DNA of 64,000 nt from Candidatus Nanopelagicales bacterium (GTDB lineage Bacteria > Actinomycetota > Actinomycetes > S36-B12), in assembly GCA_040399625.1 (NCBI GenBank), contig JBBARV010000001.1:335486-399485 (forward strand), written 5' to 3'. A program made the translations under genes and the position numbers. The notes under the pieces were generated by a model. The model made no database searches. It was not told the origin of the DNA and worked only from the letters and a program-made list of their open reading frames with translations. Shown here one piece after another: positions 1 through 10,525 of this stretch (position 1 is the stretch's first letter; each line of letters opens with the position of its first letter).

Positions 1-1125
1 GAAGCCTTTGCCGGACTCGCACAAACTGCGGGAGTTTTGGGAGCCGCAATTTTCGCCCTCCCACTAGCTCGAATCGCTTTAACAAAAGGACGTCGTCCAG
101 CGCTGGCCAGCGGTTACGGACTGGGAATTATCGGTGCGGCATTCGTAATTTTCGGCGCGGTGACTTCGCAGATCGCAATTGTTCTATTCGGCTCATTATT
201 TGTTGGTGTGGCAAGTGCTGCAAGTTTGCAGGCTCGCTATGCCGCCACAGATCTGGCTATGCCTGCGAATCGAGCCCGTTCACTTTCCTATGTTGTTTGG
301 GCAGCCACCATTGGAGCGGTTCTTGGTCCGAATCTGCTGAATTTCAGCGGTGCGGTGGGACTGCGTTTGGGGTTGCCAGAACTAGCGGGTCCCTATGTGA
401 TCTCCGGTTTAGCGCTATCGTGTGCGGTTATTATCTTGGTCTTAGCGCTGCGCCCTGACCCTTTCCTCCTCGCAACCAAATTGCGGCAGGACCTTGATCC
501 GGGGACAAAGATTGCCCACCCCAAGCTGCGCGACGGGATTGATCACCTGCGGACCCGTCCACGTGCGGTGTTAGGAATCGGGGCAATTTCCATTGGGCAC
601 CTGGTCATGGTGATGGTAATGGTGATGACCCCGGTTCATATGGCGCATGTTGACGTCACGTTGCAACTCATTGGTTTGGTAATTAGTGTTCACGTTGCGG
701 GCATGTATGCATTTTCACCACTGGTGGGCATGTCGGTTGATCGTTTTGGTCGAATCCCCATGATCATCGTCGGCATCCTAATTTTGACAGCGAGTTGTGT
801 GATCTCAGGCTTGGCACCCGCCAACAATGTGTTTGTACTGGGTATCGGCCTCTTCCTTCTCGGATTGGGCTGGTCATTCACCCTCATTGCCGGATCAACA
901 TTGGTTACGGACTCAGTCGAAGCGAATGAGCGCCCCTCGGTTCAAGGACTGTCGGACCTGTCGATGAATGCAGCCGGCGCCCTGGGCGGAATAGCTGCAG
1001 GGTTCATCATGTGGTTGGGGGGATACGGCTGGTTGTGCGCCCTCGCGATCATCCCGCTGATCGGATTGGCCCTGTGGGTGGGTCTTTCGGCGTGTCGCAA
1101 ACCTTCGAACGCACGTTCGATATAG
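1..1125 (+). CDS. MFS transporter, 5' end outside the window
   Basis: Frame 1 is open from base 1 (EAFAGLAQTAGVLGAA precedes the first Met at 37). The protein is a run of hydrophobic helices with a typical MFS layout. Confidence 0.75.
   Translation, partial: EAFAGLAQTAGVLGAAIFALPLARIALTKGRRPALASGYGLGIIGAAFVIFGAVTSQIAIVLFGSLFVGVASAASLQARYAATDLAMPANRARSLSYVVWAATIGAVLGPNLLNFSGAVGLRLGLPELAGPYVISGLALSCAVIILVLALRPDPFLLATKLRQDLDPGTKIAHPKLRDGIDHLRTRPRAVLGIGAISIGHLVMVMVMVMTPVHMAHVDVTLQLIGLVISVHVAGMYAFSPLVGMSVDRFGRIPMIIVGILILTASCVISGLAPANNVFVLGIGLFLLGLGWSFTLIAGSTLVTDSVEANERPSVQGLSDLSMNAAGALGGIAAGFIMWLGGYGWLCALAIIPLIGLALWVGLSACRKPSNARSI
1105..1120. promoter_or_regulatory. LexA operator (SOS box) upstream of recA
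   Basis: Exact palindrome TCGAACgcacGTTCGA matches the actinobacterial LexA consensus TCGAAC-N4-GTTCGA. It lies in the last codons of the MFS ORF, 177 nt upstream of the recA ATG. Confidence 0.8.
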
Positions 1126-1196
1126 GCTCTGACTGCTGGGTCGAGTTATCAACAAGTTCCGGTGATCATCCACAAATGGAAATCACCTGAGCCACA

Positions 1197-1218
1197 TGTC
1201 AGTGCTCGCACTTAGCCT
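1197..1218 (+). promoter_or_regulatory. RecA-NDp (PafBC-type) DNA-damage promoter motif
   Basis: TGTCAGTG-ctcgcact-TAGCCT is an exact fit to tTGTCRgtg-N8-TAnnnT. It ends 79 nt upstream of the recA ATG. Confidence 0.6.
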
Positions 1219-1296
1219 TCGTTACACATAAATAAACGTGAAGTGCCCCGGCTGCAAATAGTTGGGGTTGCCGAACCAGGGTTGAGGAGTAAGAGC

Positions 1297-2391
1297 ATGG
1301 CAAATACTGAAAAGGACCGCGAAAAGGCCCTTGATACCGCATTGGCTCAGATTGAGCGCCAGTTCGGCAAAGGATCACTCATGCGACTGGGCGACTCCGA
1401 GCGGGTGCCCATGGAGATTATTCCCACCGGATCCATCGCACTCGATATTGCGCTGGGCATTGGTGGATACCCGCGTGGTCGAATTGTCGAGATTTACGGT
1501 CCTGAATCCTCGGGTAAAACCACGGTCGCCCTACATGCCATCGCCAGCGTTCAAGCGCGGGGCGGACTCGCAGCCTTCATTGACGCCGAACATGCTCTGG
1601 ACCCGGACTACGCGGCGCATCTCGGGGTGGACCTAGACAATCTGTACGTCTCCCAACCCGACAACGGTGAGCAGGCTCTTGAAATTTGTGACACGTTGGT
1701 TCGATCCGGTGCAATTGACCTGGTCGTGATCGACTCAGTGGCAGCACTGACTCCACGCGCGGAAATTGAAGGCGACATGGGTGATTCACACATGGGGCTG
1801 CAAGCACGACTCATGAGCCAGGCACTGCGCAAAATGGCGGGCGCTTTGAGCAACACCAACACGACTGCCATCTTCATCAATCAACTACGTGAGAAAATCG
1901 GCGTTATGTTCGGTTCACCTGAAACAACAACCGGCGGAAAAGCTTTGAAGTTCTATTCATCGGTTCGACTGGACGTTCGTCGGATCGAAACGCTGAAGGG
2001 TGGCACCGAAGCTGTGGGTAACAGGACCCGCGTGAAGGTCGTTAAGAACAAAGTGGCACCACCATTCAAGCAAGCGGAGTTTGACATCATTTACGGCGAG
2101 GGAATCTCACGTGAGGGTTCCTTAATTGATATTGGTGTTGATCAAGGGATTGTGCGTAAGGCTGGTGCCTGGTACACCTATGAGGGCGATCAACTGGGGC
2201 AGGGTAAGGAAAATGCCCGCACATTCTTGAAGGACAACGCCGATTTAGCCAATGAAATTGAAAAGCGAATCAAGGAGCAAATGGGGATCGGCCCCAAGAT
2301 TGACACTACCGAGAAGCTCAAATCTGCCAAAGGTGCAGCTAAAGCGGAAGTTGTAACTGAAATAGATGATCTAGAAGCCCTGGACGAGTAG
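1297..2391 (+). CDS. recA: Recombinase RecA
   Basis: Motifs [12 protein letters not shown] (Walker A), [10 protein letters not shown] and [25 protein letters not shown] at 1297 follows GAGGAG at 1284-1289. The ORF-track start at 1243 is an upstream GTG. Confidence 0.97.
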   Translation: MANTEKDREKALDTALAQIERQFGKGSLMRLGDSERVPMEIIPTGSIALDIALGIGGYPRGRIVEIYGPESSGKTTVALHAIASVQARGGLAAFIDAEHALDPDYAAHLGVDLDNLYVSQPDNGEQALEICDTLVRSGAIDLVVIDSVAALTPRAEIEGDMGDSHMGLQARLMSQALRKMAGALSNTNTTAIFINQLREKIGVMFGSPETTTGGKALKFYSSVRLDVRRIETLKGGTEAVGNRTRVKVVKNKVAPPFKQAEFDIIYGEGISREGSLIDIGVDQGIVRKAGAWYTYEGDQLGQGKENARTFLKDNADLANEIEKRIKEQMGIGPKIDTTEKLKSAKGAAKAEVVTEIDDLEALDE

Positions 2392-2404
2392 TCCTTGATC
2401 GCCA

Positions 2405-2920
2405 ATGACTGATCCAGTGTTGGTCACGCAGAGCGGGGAGTCAGAAATCATGTCGGTTGTTATGCGCCGGTTGAATGCGGCTCCCCGTTCGCGTGGCGAG
2501 TTAACCAAATACCTCTTAGCCAGGGACTTTGACCCCACTTTGATTGACAAAGTTCTGGATCGGGTTTCATCAATGGGTTACATCGATGACGTTGCCTATG
2601 CTCAGGAGTGGGTTCGCAGTCGTCATCGATCGCGGGGTTTGGCGCCCAGCGTTCTTAAACGCGAATTAATCAGTAAGGATATTGACGTTGCGGTAATTGA
2701 GGCTGCTTTAGACCAGCTAACTGTCGACGATACCCAAGAACGAGCTTATGAGTTGGCGGCAAAAAAATACCGCAGTCTTATGTCGGTTGATCATGCGGTT
2801 GCCGTCAGAAGAATTGCCTCCCTTTTACAGCGCAAGGGTTATCCACCGGGTTTATGTTTTTTGGTCGCCAAGGAAACTGTCGGCGCCGAATTTGAGATAG
2901 ATGGTGAAGTGGAGGGGTAG
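2405..2920 (+). CDS. recX: RecA regulator RecX
   Basis: 171 aa directly downstream of recA. Repeated helical RecX pattern (YIDDVAYAQEWVRSR, LLQRKGY). Confidence 0.88.
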   Translation: MTDPVLVTQSGESEIMSVVMRRLNAAPRSRGELTKYLLARDFDPTLIDKVLDRVSSMGYIDDVAYAQEWVRSRHRSRGLAPSVLKRELISKDIDVAVIEAALDQLTVDDTQERAYELAAKKYRSLMSVDHAVAVRRIASLLQRKGYPPGLCFLVAKETVGAEFEIDGEVEG

Positions 2921-2999
2921 TTCCCACCAATGTGAGCATCGTTCAGATGGTGTTAGACTTTGCGAAATTCATCACAATCATCACGTCAGGGGTATTTTC

Positions 3000-5348
3000 A
3001 TGCCGGGTCTGTCCCAGTGGGCTGTTCGTAAACCAGTAATCGCTCTCATTTCCTATGTTGTCGCATTGATTGCGGTTGTGGGAATTGGTGTTTCATTCGG
3101 TGGTTCGCTTAAGGACTCATTCGATTTACCGGACACCGAGTCGACGACGGCTACGGATTTGCTGGCAACTATCGGCAATGCGGAACTTGATGCATCATCT
3201 TCGGGGGCAACAGCGACCATTATCTGGTCGCCGATTGTGGGCAGCGCGGTTGATCCGGCAACTTCAGCGGTTATCACACCGGTCCTTGCCGAAATTGCAG
3301 CCCTTTCTGGAGTGGAGTGTGTAACCAATCCATTTGATCTTGAATCACCCTTGGGCAATGCGTGCCCGGCTCCCAAGGACAAGGCGTCATTGATGACGGA
3401 TGTGACTCCGGAGCAACTCGATCAACTCAAGCCCGCGTTAGCAGCCTCAGCGGCAGCCAATTCGCCAATAAGTGCTGATGGAACCGTCGCTTACTCGACC
3501 GTTACATTCACCGGTGGCATGGGTAGTGGCGTCCCAACGGCAGATGTAGTGACGTTCCTTAATCTGGTGAAAACGGCCAATTCCGATGCCATTGCAGTGG
3601 GAGCCAGCGGAGATGTTCTTGGCAGCGTGCAAGAGGTTCCATCCAGTGAACTATTCGGGATCCTGGTAGCTATTGTTATTTTGCTTATTGCTTTTGGATC
3701 CATTATTGCAGCCGGTATTCCCATCGTGGTGGCAATTATCGGGCTAGCAGCAGGACAGATGCTCGTCCTTGTCGTGGCCCTGTTCATGGATGTTGCAACC
3801 TTTGCACCCACACTGGCAGCAATGATCGGCTTGGGCGTGGGAATTGACTATGCCTTGTTTGTTCTCAACCGGTACCGGCAAGCAATCTTGATCGGACACG
3901 ATCAAAAGCGTGCAGCCCTCGAAGCAGTCAACACAGCGGGTCGCGCCGTTCTCTTTGCTGGGGCAACAGTGATCTTTGCCCTGTGTGGATTATTTATTCT
4001 GCGAATCGGTTTCTTCAACGGCCTTGCCCTCGCTGCGATTGTTACGGTTCTCATGGTGATGACGGCCGCACTGTGGCTACTTCCGGCGACCTTGTCTTTG
4101 CTCGGCACCAAGGCACTTGGCTTACGCCTGCCCTGGGGAACCAAACCAGGTGAGGGTCACGCAGAGGGCAAGCAGTGGTCTCGTTACGGGGGATTCCTAC
4201 AAAAGCGCCCATGGCTGTTCGCAATCATCTCTGTTGGAATCGTCGCAATACTCGCAATCCCAGTTTTCTCTTTGAGACTTGGTTTTGCTGATGCGTCAGG
4301 AAATGCGCCAGGCACTCCAACCCGGATCGCCTATGACCTGAGTGCTCAAGGCTTCGGGCCGGGCACCAGCGGACCATTCATCGTGGCCGTTGAACTCTCA
4401 CAGCCCAATGACATCGAGCAGTACGGGGCAGCGATTGCCGCGATTGAGTCAACCCCAGGTGTTGCATCAACGAATCCTTCGACCGCGACCCTTCCCTTGA
4501 TCGAGACTTTTGGCGGAGGGCTAAGCCCCGATGGGACCGTGGGTGCGGTTTATGTCATTCCCGAAACTGGACCGCAGGACGCTGCGACATCAGACCTGCT
4601 CACGCAATTGCGCGAGGTAACGGGCCCGGAATTTAATGCGGCAACCGGAGGATCACTCTACGTGGGCGGTGCGCTGGCCGTGACTTCTGATTTCACGAAG
4701 GTGCTGGTAGATGCTCTGCCAATTTTCCTTTTGATCGTTGTCTCACTGGGTTTCTTGGCGCTCATGGTTCTTTTCCGTTCACTGGTGGTTCCACTTACCG
4801 CGGCACTGACGAGCTTGCTGAGTTTTGCTGCTGCAACTGGTATCACGGTTGCTGTCTTCCAGTGGGGATGGTTCAGTCAGATTCTGGGGGTGAGCGGAAC
4901 TGGCCCGATTTTCCCATTCTTACCGATCATGGTGTTTGCTATTTTGTTCGGATTATCAATGGACTACCAAGTTTTCCTCGTCTCGCGCATGCGTGAGGAA
5001 TGGGATCACACGGGAGACAATGCATCCGCGGTGCGACGTGGGCTTGCCGGGTCCGGCAAGGTCGTGGCAATCGCGGCGGCAATCATGGCGAGCGTTTTTC
5101 TGGCGTTCGTTCCTACGCCTGACAACACCATCAAGTTATTCGGTGTCGCACTGGGCTCAGCGGTCATTATTGACGCATTCTTGATCCGACTTATTGCTGT
5201 GCCGTCAATTATGTCGATTATTGGCAAGGGAAACTGGTGGCTGCCCGCCTGGTTGGACCGGATCTTGCCAACGGTTCACATTGAGCCAGGTGAGGATGAA
5301 GTATTTGATGAAGACAGTGAGACTTCTCGATCCACGCCAGTTGGCTAG
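3000..5348 (+). CDS. MMPL/RND-superfamily membrane transporter
   Basis: Two blocks of about 6 TM helices separated by soluble loops. MMPL-like GIGIDYALFVLNRYRQ and FGLSMDYQVFLVSRMREE. ATG at 3000 (MPGLSQWAVRKP); the ORF-track start at 2901 overlaps recX. Confidence 0.85.
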   Translation: MPGLSQWAVRKPVIALISYVVALIAVVGIGVSFGGSLKDSFDLPDTESTTATDLLATIGNAELDASSSGATATIIWSPIVGSAVDPATSAVITPVLAEIAALSGVECVTNPFDLESPLGNACPAPKDKASLMTDVTPEQLDQLKPALAASAAANSPISADGTVAYSTVTFTGGMGSGVPTADVVTFLNLVKTANSDAIAVGASGDVLGSVQEVPSSELFGILVAIVILLIAFGSIIAAGIPIVVAIIGLAAGQMLVLVVALFMDVATFAPTLAAMIGLGVGIDYALFVLNRYRQAILIGHDQKRAALEAVNTAGRAVLFAGATVIFALCGLFILRIGFFNGLALAAIVTVLMVMTAALWLLPATLSLLGTKALGLRLPWGTKPGEGHAEGKQWSRYGGFLQKRPWLFAIISVGIVAILAIPVFSLRLGFADASGNAPGTPTRIAYDLSAQGFGPGTSGPFIVAVELSQPNDIEQYGAAIAAIESTPGVASTNPSTATLPLIETFGGGLSPDGTVGAVYVIPETGPQDAATSDLLTQLREVTGPEFNAATGGSLYVGGALAVTSDFTKVLVDALPIFLLIVVSLGFLALMVLFRSLVVPLTAALTSLLSFAAATGITVAVFQWGWFSQILGVSGTGPIFPFLPIMVFAILFGLSMDYQVFLVSRMREEWDHTGDNASAVRRGLAGSGKVVAIAAAIMASVFLAFVPTPDNTIKLFGVALGSAVIIDAFLIRLIAVPSIMSIIGKGNWWLPAWLDRILPTVHIEPGEDEVFDEDSETSRSTPVG

Positions 5349-5382
5349 GGGAGAAACCCCGCCCGACCGGTCGTGATTACTG

Positions 5383-6837
5383 TTGAGTCCTATGCCTGAC
5401 ATCCAAAGCCCGTTGACCGATATGCCACGAACTTATCAAGTACGCACATACGGGTGCCAGATGAATGTCCACGACTCTGAGCGCATTACCGGACTTCTTG
5501 AGTCCGAGGGCTACACACCGGTACAGGAAGGCGTGGTTGCCGACCTCATTGTCTTCAATACGTGTGCTGTCCGAGAAAATGCAGACAACAAACTGTATGG
5601 CAATCTGAGTCATCTGGTACCCATCAAGGCCGCCAATCCCGGGATGCAAATTGCGGTCGGAGGCTGTTTGGCGCAAAAGGATCAGGGTGAGATCCTTCGC
5701 AAGTCGCCCGTTGTTGACGTGGTTTTCGGTACCCACAATCTGGGTTCACTGCCAGTGCTTTTGGAGCGTGCTCGAATTGAGCAAGAGTCGCAAGTGGAAA
5801 TCGCTGAGGCACTTGTTGATTTTCCTTCGGCGTTGCCCACCAAACGTGACGCTATTTACAGCGCATGGGTGTCAATAAGTGTTGGTTGTAACAACACGTG
5901 CACGTTTTGCATAGTCCCCGCACTTCGCGGCAAGGAAAAGGATCGCCGCGTGGGAGATATTCTGACTGAAATAGAAGTACTCGTTGCCGACGGTGTCGTT
6001 GAAATAACCCTTCTGGGCCAAAATGTAAATGCATACGGCTCAGACCTTGGGGAGCCAGAGGCATTCAGCAAGTTGTTGCGCGCCTGTGGTGAAGTCCCTG
6101 GGCTGGAGCGTGTTCGATTTATGAGTCCGCATCCACGTGATTTCACCGATGACGTTATCGAGGCCATGGCTCAAACGAAGAACGTTATGCCGACTTTGCA
6201 CATGCCGTTGCAGTCGGGTTCAGACTCGGTTCTGCAGCGGATGAGACGGTCGTATCGTCAGGAAAAGTATCTGGGCATTATCGATCGAGTGCGTGCGGCT
6301 ATGCCTGAAGCCTCAATAACCACGGACATTATTGTCGGTTTCCCCGGTGAGAGCGAAGAGGATTTCCAGGCGACGATGGATGTTGTGCAAAAGGCGCGAT
6401 TCTCCAGTGCGTACACCTTTCAATATTCCAAACGACCAGGAACACCCGCTGCAACCATGGAAAATCAAATTGATAAAGAGGTTGTTCAGGAGCGTTACGA
6501 GCGTTTAGTCAAGTTGGTTAATCAAATTTCATGGGAAGAGAACTTGGCTCAACTTGATAAAAGCGTCGAGATTTTGGTGGCTCACAGCGAAGGTCGCAAA
6601 GATGGCAACACCAACAGGCGGTCGGGGAGAACGGCTGACGGTCGGCTCGCCCACTTTGACCTTGGCCACTTGAAAGCCCGTCCCGGTGATTTTTTGACCG
6701 GCACGGTGACGTCGGCCGCACCCCACCATCTGATCGGATTGGCGACCTCCGTTCGTCCAACCCGAGCTGGAGACCTTTCCGAAACCTCCTCGCAAAGCGC
6801 CGTAATGTTGGGTATACCCACCTTTGTTGCCCCTTAA
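5383..6837 (+). CDS. miaB: tRNA-i6A37 methylthiotransferase MiaB
   Basis: [17 protein letters not shown]-terminal domain, radical-SAM [12 protein letters not shown]-terminal TRAM. Start could be TTG 5383 or ATG 5392. Confidence 0.93.
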   Translation: MSPMPDIQSPLTDMPRTYQVRTYGCQMNVHDSERITGLLESEGYTPVQEGVVADLIVFNTCAVRENADNKLYGNLSHLVPIKAANPGMQIAVGGCLAQKDQGEILRKSPVVDVVFGTHNLGSLPVLLERARIEQESQVEIAEALVDFPSALPTKRDAIYSAWVSISVGCNNTCTFCIVPALRGKEKDRRVGDILTEIEVLVADGVVEITLLGQNVNAYGSDLGEPEAFSKLLRACGEVPGLERVRFMSPHPRDFTDDVIEAMAQTKNVMPTLHMPLQSGSDSVLQRMRRSYRQEKYLGIIDRVRAAMPEASITTDIIVGFPGESEEDFQATMDVVQKARFSSAYTFQYSKRPGTPAATMENQIDKEVVQERYERLVKLVNQISWEENLAQLDKSVEILVAHSEGRKDGNTNRRSGRTADGRLAHFDLGHLKARPGDFLTGTVTSAAPHHLIGLATSVRPTRAGDLSETSSQSAVMLGIPTFVAP

Positions 6838-6848
6838 TTGAGTAATTC

Positions 6849-7769
6849 ATGAACCCACGCCTTACCCTCACCATTCTTGGGCCAACTGCAGTGGGAAAGA
6901 CCAAACTTGCCATCGAGTGTGCGGAGCTGCTGGATGGTGAGTTAGTCGGGACAGACTCCATGCAGGCAGTAACGGGTTTGGATATTGGTACCGCCAAGCC
7001 AACGGCCACAGAGTTGGGACGAATTCGGCACCACATGATTGATGTATGGCCCATGTCGCATCGGGCTGACGTCGTGCAGTTTCGAGACTTAGCGCGCACT
7101 GCAATTGAGGGAATTGTGCAACGTGGGCAAACCCCGATCGTGGTCGGTGGAAGCGTTCTTTACATTAAAGCAATTCTTGATCAATTTGATTTCCCCGCAA
7201 CCGACCCGGTTATTCGGGCGCGTTACGAATATCTACTTGAACAAGATGGTCCCAAGAAATTACATGAACTGTTGGCTAAAAAGGATCCGCTAACGGCAAG
7301 CAACATTTTACCGGGTAATGGACGCAGAATTGTGCGGGCGCTCGAAGTTATTGAGATCACGGGCGAGCCCTATCACTCTCGATTGCCTGATCCAGTTGAG
7401 GAAATCCACAGTGTTCGTATTGGTTTAGAAATTGATCGAGTCAGCATGGACGCTCGAATTATGCAGCGCGTCGATCACATGCTTGACCTCGGATTTGTCG
7501 CAGAAGTTGAACAACTTGAGTCACAAGGTTTGCGCAATGCGCCGACAGCCTCACGTGCAATTGGCTACTCGCAGGTCTTGGCCTACTTGAGTGGCGAATT
7601 AAGTTCAGAGGAAATGCGTGAGAAAATCGTCTATGCCACCCAAAAATTCGCCCGACGTCAGCAGCGGTGGTTTCGACAGGACCCTCGAATTCACTGGGTC
7701 CCTTGGGATAGCGAGCACTTGAGCGAATCCGCTTTATTTCACTTTAACGAAGTACTCGGTTCCCAGTAG
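6849..7769 (+). CDS. miaA: tRNA dimethylallyltransferase MiaA
   Basis: P-loop GPTAVGKT, HHMIDV, VGGSVLYIKA, and C-terminal FARRQQRWFRQD. Confidence 0.93.
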   Translation: MNPRLTLTILGPTAVGKTKLAIECAELLDGELVGTDSMQAVTGLDIGTAKPTATELGRIRHHMIDVWPMSHRADVVQFRDLARTAIEGIVQRGQTPIVVGGSVLYIKAILDQFDFPATDPVIRARYEYLLEQDGPKKLHELLAKKDPLTASNILPGNGRRIVRALEVIEITGEPYHSRLPDPVEEIHSVRIGLEIDRVSMDARIMQRVDHMLDLGFVAEVEQLESQGLRNAPTASRAIGYSQVLAYLSGELSSEEMREKIVYATQKFARRQQRWFRQDPRIHWVPWDSEHLSESALFHFNEVLGSQ

Positions 7770-8480
7770 TGCATCAAAAATTGGTTTGGGTAATTTACTT
7801 AAGACGGCCAATGTTCGAATTGTTCCGTCCGCGCTCGACTGCGATGCGTGCGACTTAATCGAGGCTTTTTTGATGGAGGAGTACTTCCTCACCTTAACCC
7901 GGTGGGTGATTTCGGCCCTAGGCGTCCAGCTATGAGTAAATGTTTTGGGGTCAAAATCCTCAGGGGTGAGCGAGAGAGCGCTGGCAAGTTTGACAGCGCG
8001 AGCGATCGGTTCGCGTGGAAGTGTTGCTTCGAAAAGAGTGCAGGAAGTCAGTTTTTGCAAAGCTCGGGAAACTTTGTGCACGTGTATGTGATCCGGGTGA
8101 CCGTAGCCACCCGATTGGTCATAACCCACCAATGTGTCGACTTCTAGTTGGATTACGAGCTCGGCAAGCTGCCTAGCAACTGTTAGTGGATCAACTCCCG
8201 CAAATCCCCCGTGGGGAATATTTTCGCCAAGTAAACCGGAGTCGGGGTATCGGAGTTCGGTTACGCTAGTTACCCCCAGAATCTCAGCGGACTGCGCAAG
8301 TTCTGCTGACCGATGTGAAGCAAGATTGTGCGTGTATTCGCCAGAAGTTAATCCGGCTGATCCATCGGTGGCAACCACTAGGTGGACGCGGTGCCCCGCC
8401 GCATGTGCTTTGGCCATGGTCCCGGCGGTGAGGAGCGCCTCGTCATCGGGATGGGCGTGTAGAAAGAGCAGGTTGCGCAT
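7734..8480 (-). CDS. PIG-L/LmbE-family N-acetylglucosaminyl deacetylase
   Basis: N-terminal FLHAHPDDEALLTAG signature and a downstream GYGHPDHIHVH metal-binding motif. Confidence 0.8.
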   Translation of the reverse strand: MRNLLFLHAHPDDEALLTAGTMAKAHAAGHRVHLVVATDGSAGLTSGEYTHNLASHRSAELAQSAEILGVTSVTELRYPDSGLLGENIPHGGFAGVDPLTVARQLAELVIQLEVDTLVGYDQSGGYGHPDHIHVHKVSRALQKLTSCTLFEATLPREPIARAVKLASALSLTPEDFDPKTFTHSWTPRAEITHRVKVRKYSSIKKASIKSHASQSSADGTIRTLAVLSKLPKPIFDALLGTEYFVKVK

Positions 8481-8511
8481 AGTGGTCCCATTGTGGCGTA
8501 CGGTCGGCTCC

Positions 8512-9591
8512 GTGCGGATAACCCATATCAGCGATTGCTTTGCGCCGAGAACTGGCGGGATTGAAACCCAGGTATTGGGATTGGCGCGCGCACAGCAATC
8601 AATGGGTGATCAGGTGCGGGTAATTACTGCAACATCGGGACCAGTATTTACAGAATTCCCGGTGGATCGGTTGAGTTTCCCCGTTCCATTTGACCTCCCG
8701 GTTCACCCCCGTACATATCGGGGGGTCACACGGCTCCTCCGCGACAATCCACCAGAGGTTGTTCATGTCCATGCGGGAGTGCTGTCTCCTTTTGCTTGGA
8801 GCGCGACTCGCGCGGCCCACGACCTTGGACTACCCACCCTGGTGACCATTCACAGTGTGTGGGGTCAATTCGCTCGTCCCGTGTTCAAAATCAGCGGTGC
8901 GTGGCTGAAATGGAATCGAGTTGCCATGAGTGCTGTCAGTGGGGTAGCAGCCGATCACATGAACGAATCCCTTGGTGTTGAGGTGGACGTACTGCCCAAC
9001 GGGATCGAACTGGGGAACTGGGCTCGCGCAGGTGTTGCAGATGCCAATGCTACGCCGCTTCAACTCGTCAGTGTGCTTCGAATTGCACCGCGGAAGCGTA
9101 CGGGAGCGTTGCTCCAAATAATGAAAGAATTGCAAAGACTTGGAGTCGATGCGCACCTCAATATTGTTGGTGACGGGCCTGAGCGAGCCATGTGGGAAAT
9201 GAGGGCTCGAAAAGCTCACTTGCAGGTTGAATTTCTTGGACGTTTAGCACCAGCAAATCTGAAATCAGTTCTTGAGCGATCACAGATTTTCATCCAACCT
9301 TCGGTTAAAGAGTCATTTGGGATCGCGGCATTGGAGGCTCGGGCGAATGGACTTGCAGTTATCGCTCGGAGTGGAACAGGAACGCAGACCTTTATTGTCG
9401 ATGGAACAGACGGGCGGATCTGTGATTCGGATACCGACATTTCCTTGTTGATTAAGGATTGGGACAGCGATCGAAGTGCCCTGCAGGCGATTCTTGAGCA
9501 CAATGCACGCATACCTCCGATTTATTCGTGGAGTGATATTGATCATCGGGTGCGTGCGGCCTATCAACGTGCAATTGCGTTAGCCCAATAG
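8512..9591 (+). CDS. Family 4 (GT-B) glycosyltransferase
   Basis: VRITHISDCFAPRTGGIETQV N-terminus and C-terminal E-x7-E-like region (ESFGIAALEARANGLAVIA). GTG 8512 chosen; the 8134 ORF-track extension is antisense to the deacetylase. Confidence 0.8.
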   Translation: MRITHISDCFAPRTGGIETQVLGLARAQQSMGDQVRVITATSGPVFTEFPVDRLSFPVPFDLPVHPRTYRGVTRLLRDNPPEVVHVHAGVLSPFAWSATRAAHDLGLPTLVTIHSVWGQFARPVFKISGAWLKWNRVAMSAVSGVAADHMNESLGVEVDVLPNGIELGNWARAGVADANATPLQLVSVLRIAPRKRTGALLQIMKELQRLGVDAHLNIVGDGPERAMWEMRARKAHLQVEFLGRLAPANLKSVLERSQIFIQPSVKESFGIAALEARANGLAVIARSGTGTQTFIVDGTDGRICDSDTDISLLIKDWDSDRSALQAILEHNARIPPIYSWSDIDHRVRAAYQRAIALAQ

Positions 9592-9600
9592 GGTGGTGGC

Positions 9601-10455
9601 GTGAGTTTATTGGCTGAATTGGCGTTTGTTAAAGGTCATGGGACCGCCAATGACTTTATTTTGTACAACAATGAAAATTCTGCGGTCAACTTGTCGTCCG
9701 CCCAAGTGGTGGCATTGTGCAATCGTCGTTCTGGACTTGGTGCAGACGGTGCGATCGGTGCAGTACGAACAAAAAATGTTGATCTGCCGGGAATCGAACA
9801 TGGCGATGCAACGTGGTTCATGGACCATCAAAATGCTGACGGTAGTTACGCAGAGATGTGCGGCAACGGCGCACGTGTATTTGCTCGGTATTTAGCGGCT
9901 AACGGACTTGAAACAGCTAAAGAGTTCTCTATCTCAACACGTGGAGGAGTGCGTGCGGTGCAGCTTCACCCCGATTTGACCGTATCCGTGGAGATGGGGC
10001 CGGCGCTTGAGCCAGCACCTGAATTGACGCCAAGGATTCATTTGGCAACGGGCGAGATATTTGATTCTGTGGGAGTGTTTTTCCCCAATCCACACGCCGT
10101 GTGCTGGGTGAACGAATCACAGCTCTCGCATCTAATTCTTCGTGAGATCCCGACAGCCGACCCGCTGGACGCATTCCCCGAGGGCATGAATGTCGAATTT
10201 GCCGTGATTACTGCACCCGGTGCAGTCCGCATGCGCGTTTTTGAGCGTGGCGTGGGCGAAACCCAAGCCTGTGGAACCGGGGCATGTGCGGTTGCTTGGG
10301 CTGCCAGGCGTAGTGCGTCAGGGTTTGACAGGTACGTGGATTGGAAAGTGTCTGTCCCCGGAGGAGATTTGTTCGTGAGCGAAAACAGTGAAACTGGCGC
10401 TTTCACTTTACGTGGAGCAGCTGAGCTCGTGGCCCGAGGTCGCGTTTTAATCTGA
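9601..10455 (+). CDS. dapF: Diaminopimelate epimerase
   Basis: FVKGHGTANDFIL, catalytic Cys motifs EMCGNGARV and ETQACGTGACA. Confidence 0.93.
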   Translation: MSLLAELAFVKGHGTANDFILYNNENSAVNLSSAQVVALCNRRSGLGADGAIGAVRTKNVDLPGIEHGDATWFMDHQNADGSYAEMCGNGARVFARYLAANGLETAKEFSISTRGGVRAVQLHPDLTVSVEMGPALEPAPELTPRIHLATGEIFDSVGVFFPNPHAVCWVNESQLSHLILREIPTADPLDAFPEGMNVEFAVITAPGAVRMRVFERGVGETQACGTGACAVAWAARRSASGFDRYVDWKVSVPGGDLFVSENSETGAFTLRGAAELVARGRVLI

Positions 10456-10525
10456 CAATGAATGTGGGTTCACCGATCCTTTTTGAGCAATAGGTCATCT
10501 GGGAGGGATCTGCGATACTGGGGGC

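Noticed and set aside
8134-8511. ORF-track N-terminal extension of the glycosyltransferase
   Set aside because: It is antisense to the PIG-L deacetylase and low-complexity. The GT4 fold begins at VRITHISDCF (GTG 8512).
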